Shown: positions 41,213 through 51,317, counted from the stretch's first letter. The stretch: DNA of 64,000 nt from an uncultured Candidatus Saccharibacteria bacterium (GCA_965230955.1 OZ246404.1:225184-289183); one strand, 5' to 3'. The notes: generated by a model from the sequence alone, not told the origin. Translations and numbers: made by a program.

Positions 41213-41647
41213 TTAGTAGCTAAGAAGTCCGAAAGGGAGGAAAGAGAAGGCGGTGGTGGCGAGGACAACGACGAAAATAATGACTAGTGCGGAGATCGTC
41301 AGCCCGATGAATGCCAGGACGATGCCGGTGATGGCCATACCTCGGCCGCCGGCATTCGGGTCATCGGTAGCTTTCTTTTTGCCCAAGAAGCCGAAAATCA
41401 GAGCGAGTACTGCGAGAATTATTCCTAAAATGACGGTCCAGCTTAGGAGTAAGGCAAAAATACCAATGATCAAACCGGCTACTGCCATACCGTTAGAACG
41501 CGGTTGCTGAGGGGGGACATAGCCCGGTGGCGGCGGGGTCTGATAATACTGTTGGGGGGGAGGAGGCGCCATCTGAGGAGCCGGAGCGGCCGGTGGTGGC
41601 GTCGGAGGTGTCCCGGTAGAAGGTGGTGCCGGTGGGTTTTGATTCAT
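41213..41647 (-). CDS. DUF4190-like membrane protein
   Basis: Pro-rich N-term, NGMAVAGLIIGI..GRGMAITGIVL. Confidence 0.8.
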   Translation of the reverse strand: MNQNPPAPPSTGTPPTPPPAAPAPQMAPPPPQQYYQTPPPPGYVPPQQPRSNGMAVAGLIIGIFALLLSWTVILGIILAVLALIFGFLGKKKATDDPNAGGRGMAITGIVLAFIGLTISALVIIFVVVLATTAFSFLPFGLLSY

Positions 41648-41864
41648 ATTAGTTAGTTTTAAGGGAAATGCTCTAAAGCAAATCAAGTTGCAGTTGTCCA
41701 CAAGTATTCTCATTGTACCATATTTCTCGATTGTGGACAAATATTTGGGGTATTGCTATGATAATTTTGCTTTGTAATCAAAAAAACATCTCGACGTTTA
41801 ACAAATAAAGAAGTAACCGCCGGGAAATTGTTTGCCCGGTTAGTTTACTCATATTTTTGCATTT

Positions 41865-43130
41865 ATGACTCCGAAACCTAGTTTTGACATTTCGCCCAAG
41901 AAAAAAACTTTTAATTCGCCTTCGAGTTCGCAATTGAAAACCGAAGAGAATAATAATTTTGCCAACACCATGGATACCTCAGTCAAAAAGTCGCCCGCGC
42001 TGATTATTCCTCAAAAATCCAAAAAACGTTTTTGGAAAGATTGGGATCGGCGCCAGAAAATAGTTTTCATTACCTTGCTGGCGGTTATCGCGGTGGTCGC
42101 GGGTTTGGTCTCTTGGTTTGTTTTTGCTAACCCGGAACAAATAAAACTGCCTGAGGTAAACACACCGACAGCGGAAGAACCCCAGGGCCCTTTGACCCGC
42201 AGTCCTTTGACCGGTTTGGAGATGCCGACGGCGACGGCTGAACAGACCCCGATGGCCTTGGTGATTGAGAATATGTCATCGATTCGTCCGCAATCGGGTT
42301 TGAGTCGGGCCGACGTCGTTTATGAATTTTTAGCGGAGGGCGGCATTACCAGGTTTCTGGCTATTTTCGCTTCCAGCGACGTAACTGAGCCCAATGTTAT
42401 CGGTCCGATTCGCAGTTTGCGGTCCTATATGATCCCGGTGGGCCTGGAGCTCTTGGCGCCGGTTTACCATGTCGGTGGAGCGCCGAATGCTCTGGATCGG
42501 GCGACCGAATGGGGAATGCGCGATGTTAACCAGTTTTTCTCTTCGAAGTATTTCTGGCGCGATAATTCGGTCAACGGCCAGGGCGCGCCTCACAATATGT
42601 GGACGCGGATGCCGGAAGTGAAATACGCCGTCCGTGATCACGGTTGGCCGATGGATGACGGAAAAAATATCGTCCCTTGGAAATTCCGGGATGAAGCTCC
42701 GATCGATCAGCGCGGTACGGTGGATAAAATTATGGTTCAATTTTCCTCCGGCAGTTACAACGTCGAATGGACTTATGATAAAACCAAGAATCGTTATGCT
42801 CGGACGCAAGCCGGCGTGGAACATACTGATCGCAATACCAAAGAACAGTTGACGGCGCGCAATGTCGTCGTGCAGTATTGCGAGATCGATGCCATTTCTG
42901 GTGACGATAAGGGGCGAATCGACGTGAAGAATGACGTGGGCGAGGGAGCGGCCTTGGTCTTTAATGACGGGAAAATGACGGAAGCGACCTGGAAGAAAAA
43001 AGATCGCAACAGTCGGACAATTTTCTACGACAAAGCGACAGGCGAAGAGATGAAATTTATTCCCGGTAATTTCTGGATTGAAGTTCCGCCGGTGGATAAG
43101 AAAACAACCTGGGAAGAAACTGGCAATTAA
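41865..43130 (+). CDS. DUF3048 (YerB-like) protein
   Basis: RPQSGLSRADVVYE..AEGGITRF, GPIRSLR, APHN. Confidence 0.88.
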   Translation: MTPKPSFDISPKKKTFNSPSSSQLKTEENNNFANTMDTSVKKSPALIIPQKSKKRFWKDWDRRQKIVFITLLAVIAVVAGLVSWFVFANPEQIKLPEVNTPTAEEPQGPLTRSPLTGLEMPTATAEQTPMALVIENMSSIRPQSGLSRADVVYEFLAEGGITRFLAIFASSDVTEPNVIGPIRSLRSYMIPVGLELLAPVYHVGGAPNALDRATEWGMRDVNQFFSSKYFWRDNSVNGQGAPHNMWTRMPEVKYAVRDHGWPMDDGKNIVPWKFRDEAPIDQRGTVDKIMVQFSSGSYNVEWTYDKTKNRYARTQAGVEHTDRNTKEQLTARNVVVQYCEIDAISGDDKGRIDVKNDVGEGAALVFNDGKMTEATWKKKDRNSRTIFYDKATGEEMKFIPGNFWIEVPPVDKKTTWEETGN

Positions 43131-43139
43131 AGTCAATAT

Positions 43140-43182
43140 AAAACAGGTGCAGCCCGCCGATTCGGCGGGCTGCACCTGTTTT
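43140..43182. terminator. Near-perfect palindrome / bidirectional terminator with GCCCGCCGAWTCGGCGGGC core
   Basis: aaaacaggtgcagcccgccga-t-tcggcgggctgcacctgtttt. Confidence 0.8.
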
Positions 43183-43204
43183 TTGATATTGCGGAATTAG
43201 CTAA

Positions 43205-44074
43205 TTACATCTTTACCACCATCATTCTGTCTTTGCCGGCTAAGTCTTGCTTGATATCGATCGCCGCTTGCGGAAAAAGCGATTGGACGATCGGGCGGAG
43301 CAGATCTTTTTGGTGGGGGGCGATTTCCATCAGGACATCGGAGTCGCTGACTCCGTAATTCTTCAACTGTTGCCAGAAATCCCGGTAAAGCTCCAGGCCC
43401 TGCTCTCCGCCGTCGAGAGCTTCTTTTGGTTCCCAGCGCAGGCCATCATGGTCGGGACGATCTGCTTCATGGTGAGGCTGATTGAAATCCAAGTAGGGAA
43501 GATTGGCGATCACCAGTAAATTTTTCGGGGTCAAGCCGTAACCGGGGTAAAAGAGCGGTTCGAGCAAATGTCCGTGGTAAAAGGTGATGCGGGGTTCAAC
43601 CGCGTGCTTGAGCGCATTCAGGTAAGCGGTGCGCAGTGCCTTGGTGGAAAAGTCGGTGGCGAGATAAGTATGGGTCGGATCTTCTTTGGCCAGTGAAATG
43701 GCGATACAGCCGGACCCTGTGCCGACATCAATCACGTATTTTGGCTGCTCTCCGAAAAGCAGTCGCAGAGCTTCTTCTACCAGCAGTTCGGTCTCTGGTC
43801 GGGGTACCAGGACGGATTCATCAACGTAAAAATCATGTCCCCAGAATTCTCGGCGATTGGTCAGGTAAGACACGGGATAGGATTTTAGCCTTTTGTTTTT
43901 TAGCTGGTTGAGTTGATCTAACTGTGTCGCGCTTAAAGTCGCTTCGGGATGAGCCGGCAAGTATTCGCGGCTTTGCCCGAGCACATGGGCGAGAAGCAAT
44001 TCCGCGTCGAGCTCCGGAGTGGGGGAGCTTTTACTGAGTTCGTAGGTTAATTCGTTGAGTAATTGGCTAAGCAT
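43205..44074 (-). CDS. prmC: Release factor glutamine methyltransferase
   Basis: VLVPRPETE, DVGTGSGCI, NLPY. Confidence 0.95.
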   Translation of the reverse strand: MLSQLLNELTYELSKSSPTPELDAELLLAHVLGQSREYLPAHPEATLSATQLDQLNQLKNKRLKSYPVSYLTNRREFWGHDFYVDESVLVPRPETELLVEEALRLLFGEQPKYVIDVGTGSGCIAISLAKEDPTHTYLATDFSTKALRTAYLNALKHAVEPRITFYHGHLLEPLFYPGYGLTPKNLLVIANLPYLDFNQPHHEADRPDHDGLRWEPKEALDGGEQGLELYRDFWQQLKNYGVSDSDVLMEIAPHQKDLLRPIVQSLFPQAAIDIKQDLAGKDRMMVVKM

Positions 44075-44080
44075 GAGAAA

Positions 44081-44125
44081 AAAGATATTAAGAGTATTAA
44101 GAAAATTAAGATATTAAGAAAAATA
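44081..44125. repeat. Tandem 8/9-mer array (ATATTAAG)n
   Basis: aagatattaagagtattaagaaaattaagatattaag between prfA and prmC. Confidence 0.8.
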
Positions 44126-44130
44126 GAAGA

Positions 44131-45195
44131 TTATTTTCGATTCAACTTTTCTAATTTCTTTTTTTGGTCGGCTTCAGTCAGGGGGAGCACAAGGCGATCA
44201 AGACGGCCGTCCATCACTTCGGGTAAATTGGTTACGGTCAGTTTTATGCGGTGGTCGGTGACGCGGTCTTGGGGAAAATTATAAGTGCGTATTTTTTCAC
44301 TGCGATCGCCGGTGCCGACTTGGGAGCGGCGCAGATCAGATTCTTTTTTGGCGCGTTTTTCGGATTCGTTCTCCGCCAGGCGCGAGCGCAAGACTTTGAA
44401 GGCTTTTTCTTTGTTTTTCAACTGGGAACGTTCATCCTGGCAGATAACGACGGTATTTGTCGGTACATGAGTTATGCGCACGGCCGAATCGGTGGTGTTG
44501 ACGCTTTGTCCGCCGTGTCCGCCGGAACGATAAACGTCAATGCGCAAATCGTTGGGATTGATGACCCAGTCTTGTTCTTCGATTTCCGGCATGACGGCCA
44601 CCGTCACTGTCGAAGTGTGGACCCGGCCGCTTTTCTCTGTTTCGGGCACTCGCTGGACCCGGTGTACTCCGCGTTCATATTTCATTTTAGCAAAAACGTG
44701 ATCGCCCGTCACTTCAAAAATTATTTCCTTGAAGCCGCCGATTCCGGTACGGCTGGAATTGATTAAATTGATGCGCCAGTGCTGATTTTCGGCATATCGG
44801 CTGTAGAGGCGAAAGAGTTCGGCGGCGAAAAGCGCCGCTTCGTCCCCGCCGGCGCCGGCTCGTATTTCGATGATGGCGTCTTTGTTGTCATCGGGGTCTT
44901 TGGGGATCAGAGCCATTTTCAGCTCTTCGTTCAGCCGGTCTTTTTCCTTTTCCAGAGTCGAAGCTTCTTCAGAGGCTTCATTTTTCAAATCCGGATCATT
45001 TAGCAGTTGTTGGGCGCCGGCCAGGTCGAGCTCAACTTGCTCGAGCCGCTTGATTTTTGCGACTGTCTCTTCGAGATCCGATTGTTCTTTGGCCAATTTG
45101 GTCAGTTTGGCGGAATTAGAAGCAACGTCCGGCGTAGCCAGCAATTTGGATATTTCTTCGTAGCGATTTTTGACGGCCTGAAGTTGGGGGAGCAT
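44131..45195 (-). CDS. prfA: Peptide chain release factor 1
   Basis: VQRVPETE (PxT), GGQ, RTYNFPQ. Confidence 0.97.
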   Translation of the reverse strand: MLPQLQAVKNRYEEISKLLATPDVASNSAKLTKLAKEQSDLEETVAKIKRLEQVELDLAGAQQLLNDPDLKNEASEEASTLEKEKDRLNEELKMALIPKDPDDNKDAIIEIRAGAGGDEAALFAAELFRLYSRYAENQHWRINLINSSRTGIGGFKEIIFEVTGDHVFAKMKYERGVHRVQRVPETEKSGRVHTSTVTVAVMPEIEEQDWVINPNDLRIDVYRSGGHGGQSVNTTDSAVRITHVPTNTVVICQDERSQLKNKEKAFKVLRSRLAENESEKRAKKESDLRRSQVGTGDRSEKIRTYNFPQDRVTDHRIKLTVTNLPEVMDGRLDRLVLPLTEADQKKKLEKLNRK

Positions 45196-45320
45196 GAAAT
45201 TTACCTGGGAAATTTTAGGGGCGATATCCTTGATATACCGCGCCGTGATTGGGAGAAGTTTTTTTATCCAATGAAAAATAGCCTACTTAATAATACCATA
45301 AACGAGCAGACGCCGGTAGG

Positions 45321-45602
45321 CTATTTTTCTACAATTTTTGCTATTTTCTGAGCGCGAACCTTTTCCCTCTTGGCGCGGCGGGAGCGGGTGGGACCGGATA
45401 CTTTCTTGGTTAAGCGCGCTTTGAATTTGTCTACGCGGCCGGCGGTATCAACCAGTTTCTTTTTGCCGGTGTAGAGCGGATGGCACGCCGAACACAACTC
45501 CACTTGAATACTGGGGTGAGTGGAGCCGGTCGTGAAAGTATTGCCGCAGGAGCAGGCTACTTTCGCGTCAGAATGGTATTTGGGATGAATCTTGTCTTTC
45601 AT
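45321..45602 (-). CDS. rpmE: 50S ribosomal protein L31
   Basis: [29 protein letters not shown]. Confidence 0.95.
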   Translation of the reverse strand: MKDKIHPKYHSDAKVACSCGNTFTTGSTHPSIQVELCSACHPLYTGKKKLVDTAGRVDKFKARLTKKVSGPTRSRRAKREKVRAQKIAKIVEK

Positions 45603-45689
45603 AAAAAGCATCATAAATGGTTTGAGAAGAGAAGTCAAGGTGAAGAAAAGAAAAAGCCATGAGCGTTTGGGCTCATGGCGGGGAGATAG

Positions 45690-46859
45690 TTACCAATCGA
45701 GGAGCGGTTGATCGATCGACGGCAATTCCATGTTTGATAAATACGGCAGAATGTCGGCGAGAGAAGTTCGATTTATCAGCTCCTTTGGAATACTGTTGGA
45801 AAAGGCGGGAATTCGGCTGATCTCCAGGAGTTCTTGGTCGCAGAGTAGAGCGTAGAGTATGACGGGGGCGATACCTCGTTCATGGGCGAGGTTGGACAGT
45901 AGCTCAAAAGCTCGTTCCATCGCACTCCAGCCTGCGACAAGGCAATAGCTGACCAGCGGATAGGCATCCATCATCAAGGCGCGCAGGCGGTTGAAACGGC
46001 GAGCGGTATCGCTGTCTTCGAAAGAAACATATTTCTTCCGCGCCGATTCTTCTCCCAGGGCTAATCCCCAGTATTTCTGGAGATTCCTTTGATTGGGCAG
46101 AGAATTATCCGAAGTGAAACTTCGCAGGAGCTGGGAGACTTCTTGCCAGTGCTGGTCAAGTTGCTGGCCGAGTTGATCGGAAATCTTGGTCCGCCGGAAC
46201 TTAACGAAAATGTCAAAGATGTCCGCTGAGATGTAGGAAAACTTGTCGGCGTAGAGTACTAGGCGTTCCTCTTGAGACATTTCGGTTCCGCAGGCGAGGG
46301 CGGCTCCGCCGCGGCTGTGACGCAGGATGATTTTAAGCGTCGGCAGAGAAAGATTTAATCCCCCGAATTTTCGTCGTTCAATGAATTGAGCCAGGTAAAC
46401 ACCGAAGACTTCATGCCTGACATTCTGTCCCAGGCGTTTGAAAAATTTTTCGCTGTCATGCCCCAGGGGCAAGTGTCCCAGATCATGGCCGGCAGCGCCG
46501 GCGAGAACCAGCGACTCATTTAGTCCCAAAGCGATGGCCAGGGTTGAAGCCATACCCATTACATCGCAGGTGTGGCTTAGCCGAGTCCGGATATGCGGCG
46601 TCATTTCGAACGAACTCCCGTCCGAGTTCACCGCCCGCGTAATTACCTGGGTTTTGTCTGCCAGTCGGCGATATCCTTTCGATTCCACAATTTTGTGGAA
46701 ATCGGCTTTGTACGGCTCGCCGAAAGCCAACCGCCAGGAATCTTCATCAGCTTCCGGGGGCAGGCGCCGGCGTGCGGTTTGGGGATCATCGGGCGTTGCC
46801 AGATCTTTCAGGCAACCGTACCAATCAGGGCGTTTAATGGTTCCTTTTACAGTATGCAT
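45690..46859 (-). CDS. HD-domain dNTP triphosphohydrolase (dGTPase-like), divergent
   Basis: YRRLADKTQV, RTRLSHT, HDLGHLPLGH, ADKFSY; SD aaggagg; TTGACT-16-TAGACT; terminator at about 45646-45679. Confidence 0.82.
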   Translation of the reverse strand: MHTVKGTIKRPDWYGCLKDLATPDDPQTARRRLPPEADEDSWRLAFGEPYKADFHKIVESKGYRRLADKTQVITRAVNSDGSSFEMTPHIRTRLSHTCDVMGMASTLAIALGLNESLVLAGAAGHDLGHLPLGHDSEKFFKRLGQNVRHEVFGVYLAQFIERRKFGGLNLSLPTLKIILRHSRGGAALACGTEMSQEERLVLYADKFSYISADIFDIFVKFRRTKISDQLGQQLDQHWQEVSQLLRSFTSDNSLPNQRNLQKYWGLALGEESARKKYVSFEDSDTARRFNRLRALMMDAYPLVSYCLVAGWSAMERAFELLSNLAHERGIAPVILYALLCDQELLEISRIPAFSNSIPKELINRTSLADILPYLSNMELPSIDQPLLDW

Positions 46860-46920
46860 TTCGTTCCTCCTTGGGTTGGCAAAGAACTGTTCTTTGCAGT
46901 CTAGCGCCAAAGGCGGGGAA

Positions 46921-47053
46921 GTCAAGATAAGTCAAAAGTCTTCGGCGAGCTCAGCCGAGCCGTCAAAAGTCAAAAGTGAACAGCGGCGGGCTTGCAATTA
47001 CTGTGGCATTTAGATATACTTACTTTTGACTTTTGACATTTGACTTTTTACTT
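46921..47053. repeat. Inverted heptamer arms (GTCAAAA)n / (TTTTGAC)n enclosing the rpsB promoter
   Basis: gtcaaaagtcaaaagt ... acttttgacttttgacatttgactttttac; TTGCAA-17-TATACT between the arms. Confidence 0.8.
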
Positions 47054-47163
47054 AATTTCTCATGCTCTTGATCCAGCCAGACCTGCCTCTCTAAGACCCG
47101 CTCAAGCGGGGCGAAGTGGGGTCCTGGCGGAGTTGATAGGGCAGAGGCTAAAGGACACAACTT

Positions 47164-47913
47164 ATGAAGCAACCGTCTCTCGAGGAACTCCTCGAAGCCG
47201 GGGCGCATTTTGGCCACCAAGCGGCTAAATGGCACCCCTCGATGCGACCGTACATCTACACTGAACGCAACACCGTCCACATTATTGATTTGCAACAAAC
47301 TCAAAAGAAACTGGCCCAGGCCCAGGAAATTGTTGCTGATGTGGTGGCGAAAGATGGAACGGTTCTTTTTGTTGGTACGAAAAAACAGACGCAGAAGATC
47401 GTCAAAAAAATGGCCGAAGCGGTGGGTATGCCTTATGCCACCGAGCGTTGGCTGGGCGGGACTTTCACCAATTTCGACTCGATCAAAAAACAGGTCGCCA
47501 AACTCAAAGATTTGGAAGCCAAGAGACAAAGCGGTGAGCTGAGTAAATACACCAAAAAAGAACAAGTGGCTTTTGACAAAGAAATAGAGAGACTGAATCG
47601 ATTTTTTGGCGGACTGCGTACTTTGTATCGCTTGCCGGAAATGGTGGTGGTTTTCGATACGCATACCGACAAAAACGCCGTGAGTGAGGGAACGCGCAAA
47701 AAAGTTCCCACGGTAGCCTTATGCGATACCAATTCCAACGCCGACGAAGTGACTTATCCGATTCCGACCAATGATGATGCCGTGAAAGTACTGGAATTAA
47801 TGGCGCAATCGTTTCAGTCCGCCGTTGAAGAAGGCAAGAAACGCAGAGGAGCCAAGACGGAAGCGCTGGCCAAAGGGAATTCTCCTAAAATCGTTAATAA
47901 AACAAAAATATGA
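47164..47913 (+). CDS. rpsB: 30S ribosomal protein S2
   Basis: AGAHFGH, FVGTKKQ, RWLGGTFTN, IPTNDD. Confidence 0.97.
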   Translation: MKQPSLEELLEAGAHFGHQAAKWHPSMRPYIYTERNTVHIIDLQQTQKKLAQAQEIVADVVAKDGTVLFVGTKKQTQKIVKKMAEAVGMPYATERWLGGTFTNFDSIKKQVAKLKDLEAKRQSGELSKYTKKEQVAFDKEIERLNRFFGGLRTLYRLPEMVVVFDTHTDKNAVSEGTRKKVPTVALCDTNSNADEVTYPIPTNDDAVKVLELMAQSFQSAVEEGKKRRGAKTEALAKGNSPKIVNKTKI

Positions 47914-48506
47914 TTTCAGCTAGCGAGGTCAAAAAATTGCGAGCCCAGACGGGCGCGCCCATGATGAAAGTAAAAGAAGCCCTGGCGGAAGCCAAAGGCG
48001 ATATTGCCAAAGCGATAGAGGTTTTGCGAAAAAAAGGCGCGGAGATCGCCGCCGAAAAATCTACCCGGCAGGCGCATGAAGGCGTAATCGCTTCATATAT
48101 CCACAACAATGAAAAAATCGGGGTTTTGGTGGAATTAAACTGCGAGACCGATTTTGTGGCGCGTAATCCGGACTTCAAGCAATTAGGCAAGGATATTGCC
48201 ATGCAAGTAGCGGCGATGCGACCGGAAGTGGTGAAACCCGAGGATCTGGGAGCGGCGATTTTGAATCAGGAAAAGAAAATATATCTGGAACAGCTCAAAG
48301 ATTCAAAGAAACCGGACAAGATCAAGGAAAAAATTGTCGAGGGAAAGCTGAAAAAATTCGCCGAGGAAAAAAGTTTGCTCAAGCAAAAGTTTATCAAGGA
48401 TGACAAGATTACGATCGAAACATTGATTACCGATCTGGTCGGACGGCTGAAAGAAAATATTCAAGTTAAACGTTTCATCCGTTTCGAAGTGGGTGAGAAT
48501 AAATAA
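47910..48506 (+). CDS. tsf: Elongation factor Ts (short form)
   Basis: VKKLRAQTGA, ELNCETDFVA. Confidence 0.96.
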   Translation: MISASEVKKLRAQTGAPMMKVKEALAEAKGDIAKAIEVLRKKGAEIAAEKSTRQAHEGVIASYIHNNEKIGVLVELNCETDFVARNPDFKQLGKDIAMQVAAMRPEVVKPEDLGAAILNQEKKIYLEQLKDSKKPDKIKEKIVEGKLKKFAEEKSLLKQKFIKDDKITIETLITDLVGRLKENIQVKRFIRFEVGENK

Positions 48507-48508
48507 AT

Positions 48509-49225
48509 ATGGCCAAGCTGAAATTCCGCCGTGTTTTATTGAAATTGTCTGGCACGGTCTTTGCCGGTCCTGATGGTTTCGGAATTGATCCGGCGGCGGT
48601 CAGTCGAACGGCCAAGACTATTGCAGCGTTGCACCGCCTGGGGGTGCAAATCGCCATTGTGAATGGTGCGGGAAATCTTTTCCGCTATCGCCAGGTCAAA
48701 AACACGTCCATGCGACGGGTGTATGCCGATTCAGCGGGGATGATGGGGACCATGATGAATGCTTTGTCTTTGCAGGATTTTTTGGAACAGCTCAAAATTC
48801 CGACTGCCCTTTATTCCGCGGTGGAATTGCAGACGGTGATTGGGGCCTACCGGATCCGGCAGGCTCAAGCGGATCTGGTAGCCGGCAAAGTGGTATTAAT
48901 CTGCGGCGGGACCGGGCATCCTTTCTTTACCACCGATACGGCGGCGGTACTGCGGGCGCTGGAAGTCGAGGCTGATGTCGTACTCAAGGCGACGGATGTT
49001 GACGGCGTTTATGACGCCGATCCCCGGAAAGATAAACGGGCGAAGAAATACGATTTCGTGACCTATGAGGAGGTTATCGCCAAACGCTTGAAAGTCATGG
49101 ATCAAACGGCTTTTGCTCTCGCTCAAGAACATCGGTTACCAATATTGGTTTTTAATTTTTCTTCGGCCGGGGCCCTGGTGTCCGCTGTGACCGGGAAAAA
49201 AATCGGGACTCTGATCCGAGCATAA
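48509..49225 (+). CDS. pyrH: UMP kinase
   Basis: RVLLKLSG, PFFTTDTAA, VDGVYDADP, VMD.TA. Confidence 0.95.
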   Translation: MAKLKFRRVLLKLSGTVFAGPDGFGIDPAAVSRTAKTIAALHRLGVQIAIVNGAGNLFRYRQVKNTSMRRVYADSAGMMGTMMNALSLQDFLEQLKIPTALYSAVELQTVIGAYRIRQAQADLVAGKVVLICGGTGHPFFTTDTAAVLRALEVEADVVLKATDVDGVYDADPRKDKRAKKYDFVTYEEVIAKRLKVMDQTAFALAQEHRLPILVFNFSSAGALVSAVTGKKIGTLIRA

Positions 49226-49227
49226 TT

Positions 49228-50022
49228 ATGGGGAAGATCGCTAAAGTCCAATTTAATTTTTGGGATCAGCCGTATGATTTTGATACCGGCGATTTGGTTT
49301 TGGCGAAGGGGGATTGTGTTATTGTCCGGACCGAATTAGGCATGGAAATAGGAAACGTGGTTGCTTTGGTGGCCGAGCCGGAAAAGAGCGATCGTCCTCT
49401 CAAGCCGGTTATCCGAAAGGCAACCGCTGACGACCGGGCCAAAATGGCCAAGTACGAATCTCGCCGTTTGGAAATTATCAATGATTGCCGCCGTTTGATT
49501 CGGGCGCACGCACTACCGATGAAATTAGTTAACGTGTATTTTTCTTTTGAGGGCTCTCGACTGACTTTTACTTTTACGGCTGATAGCCGTGTCGATTTTC
49601 GCTCACTCGTTCGTGATTTGACCCGCAAATTCCAGAAGTCGATCCGCTTGCAGCAAATCGGATCCCGCGACGAGTCTCGGGCTTGCGGCGGATTCGGGAT
49701 GTGCGGACGTGAACTTTGTTGCCGCCGATTTTTGGGCGAGTTTGCCTCGATCACGACTGATATGGCGCGGGTTCAGCAAATGACGCACCGGGGGAGCGAT
49801 CGAATTTCCGGAATTTGCGGCCGGCTGATGTGCTGTCTGGCCTATGAGGAAAAGCAGTATCACGAATGGTTGTCGAAAATGCCGGAAGTGGGTTCGATGG
49901 TCAGAACCAAGCAAGGCAAAGGCGTCGTGTTTGATCGTTGCTTGCCCAAGCAGATGGTCAAGGTCCGGCTTGATGACAAAGAGCAAACCCAAGTGGAAGT
50001 TCCATTAGCCGATATTCGTTAA
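49228..50022 (+). CDS. PSP1-domain / RicT(YaaT)-like Fe-S protein
   Basis: RVDFRSLVRDL, G.CGRELCC, SGICGRLMCCL. Confidence 0.88.
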   Translation: MGKIAKVQFNFWDQPYDFDTGDLVLAKGDCVIVRTELGMEIGNVVALVAEPEKSDRPLKPVIRKATADDRAKMAKYESRRLEIINDCRRLIRAHALPMKLVNVYFSFEGSRLTFTFTADSRVDFRSLVRDLTRKFQKSIRLQQIGSRDESRACGGFGMCGRELCCRRFLGEFASITTDMARVQQMTHRGSDRISGICGRLMCCLAYEEKQYHEWLSKMPEVGSMVRTKQGKGVVFDRCLPKQMVKVRLDDKEQTQVEVPLADIR

Positions 50023-50025
50023 AAT

Positions 50026-50991
50026 ATGTCATACACTATTATCCCTGAAATTATCGTATTTGCGGCGATTGCGGTCGTGATTATTTTGGTTTTGCGGCGT
50101 TTGCCCCAAACCAGAAAAATTCCCGACCAAGATCCTAAAAAGGATTTGCCGGATCAGCCGCGCCAAGCGCGCCGCGATATTGTTTTTAAATTGAAGAGTG
50201 AAAATTTCTCCCGCTGGCGGCAAGAACGAACTCAAAAGTTTTCCACCGCTTGGAGTGGTTTGGTCGGTTGGGTGAAGGGGTTGTTTACGCGCCGGCGTCA
50301 ATCATTGGCGGAGCCCGTCAAGGGACAGGCGCAGCATGTTGTTGAAGCCAAACGAGAAATTGCCAAAAAAACAGTAGAAAAAAAGGAAATAGCGGCGCCG
50401 GTGGCCAGTCGGCGTTTGAGCGAAGGCGATCAGGCCAAGATTAGGGATCTCAGCTGGGAAGCGCGCAAAGCGGCTAAAAAAGAGGATTACGCGGCGGCAG
50501 AAAGATATTATTTGGAAGTTTTGAAGATAGACGAAAACAACAGCGATGTTTATAAAGGCTTGGGCGCGGTTTATACTCAGCAAAAGAATTTCTCTGATGC
50601 TGCCGGAGCTTACAAGCAATCAATTCGTTTGGGTAGTCGAGATGAACAGACCTATTTGTCTCTGGGTGAAGCTCTGTTACAGAAAAAAGACTGGAAAGAA
50701 GCGATTGAAACGCTGGATCACGTGATTCGGCTCAGTCCGCAAATGGCCTCGACATATGCTTTGCTGGGTCGGGCTTATACCGGATTAAAATTGCACAAAG
50801 AAGCGCTGAAATATTTTGAACTGGCGGCCAAGTTTGATCCTAAAAATGTCGGATATTTGATGTTTTTGGCCGAAGCCGCTCAGCGACGCGGGCTGGATGT
50901 GATTGCGAAAATGAATCTCAACAAAATACTTGAGTTGGATCCAAAAAACGAGGTGGCTAAAAAACTCTTGGACAAATTGCTCCAAGAATGA
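50026..50991 (+). CDS. Membrane-anchored TPR protein
   Basis: N-terminal TM, several LG..Y..A..Y..A...P repeats. Confidence 0.85.
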   Translation: MSYTIIPEIIVFAAIAVVIILVLRRLPQTRKIPDQDPKKDLPDQPRQARRDIVFKLKSENFSRWRQERTQKFSTAWSGLVGWVKGLFTRRRQSLAEPVKGQAQHVVEAKREIAKKTVEKKEIAAPVASRRLSEGDQAKIRDLSWEARKAAKKEDYAAAERYYLEVLKIDENNSDVYKGLGAVYTQQKNFSDAAGAYKQSIRLGSRDEQTYLSLGEALLQKKDWKEAIETLDHVIRLSPQMASTYALLGRAYTGLKLHKEALKYFELAAKFDPKNVGYLMFLAEAAQRRGLDVIAKMNLNKILELDPKNEVAKKLLDKLLQE

Positions 50992-51074
50992 TCTGGCTTG
51001 ACAAGGATTGTCTAAGTTGGCCAAATAGGCTACAATTCAGCTCGTAAAAGAGCTGGTGGGCTCGGGGGTTTTTA

Positions 51075-51105
51075 GCCCACCGAAGCCTAAGAGGCGTAGG
51101 TGGGC
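51075..51105. repeat. REP-like palindrome (CCACCGAAGCC..GGCGTAGGTGG)
   Basis: Abuts the tRNA-Thr 5' end; related copy at 61063-61104. Confidence 0.65.
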
Positions 51106-51179
51106 CACCTTAGCTCAGTTGGTAGAGCAATCGCTTTGTAAGCGAAAGGTCCTCGGTTCGAATCCGAGAGGTGGCTCCA
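51104..51179 (+). tRNA. tRNA-Thr(TGT)
   Basis: GCCACCT/AGGTGGC acceptor, anticodon loop TTTGTAA, GGTTCGAATCC, CCA end. Confidence 0.95.
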
Positions 51180-51231
51180 GACCATTACCACTCGTTCCGC
51201 TCTGGGCTTAGGCGTGTTCAACAATTTTGGG

Positions 51232-51317
51232 GGGCAGGTACCAAAGTGGTCAAATGGGCCAGACTGTAAATCTGGCGCCTTCGGGCTTCGCAGGTTCGAC
51301 TCCTGCCCTGCCCACCA
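51232..51317 (+). tRNA. tRNA-Tyr(GTA)
   Basis: GGGCAGG/CCTGCCC acceptor, CTGTAAA loop, long variable arm, CCA end. Confidence 0.95.
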
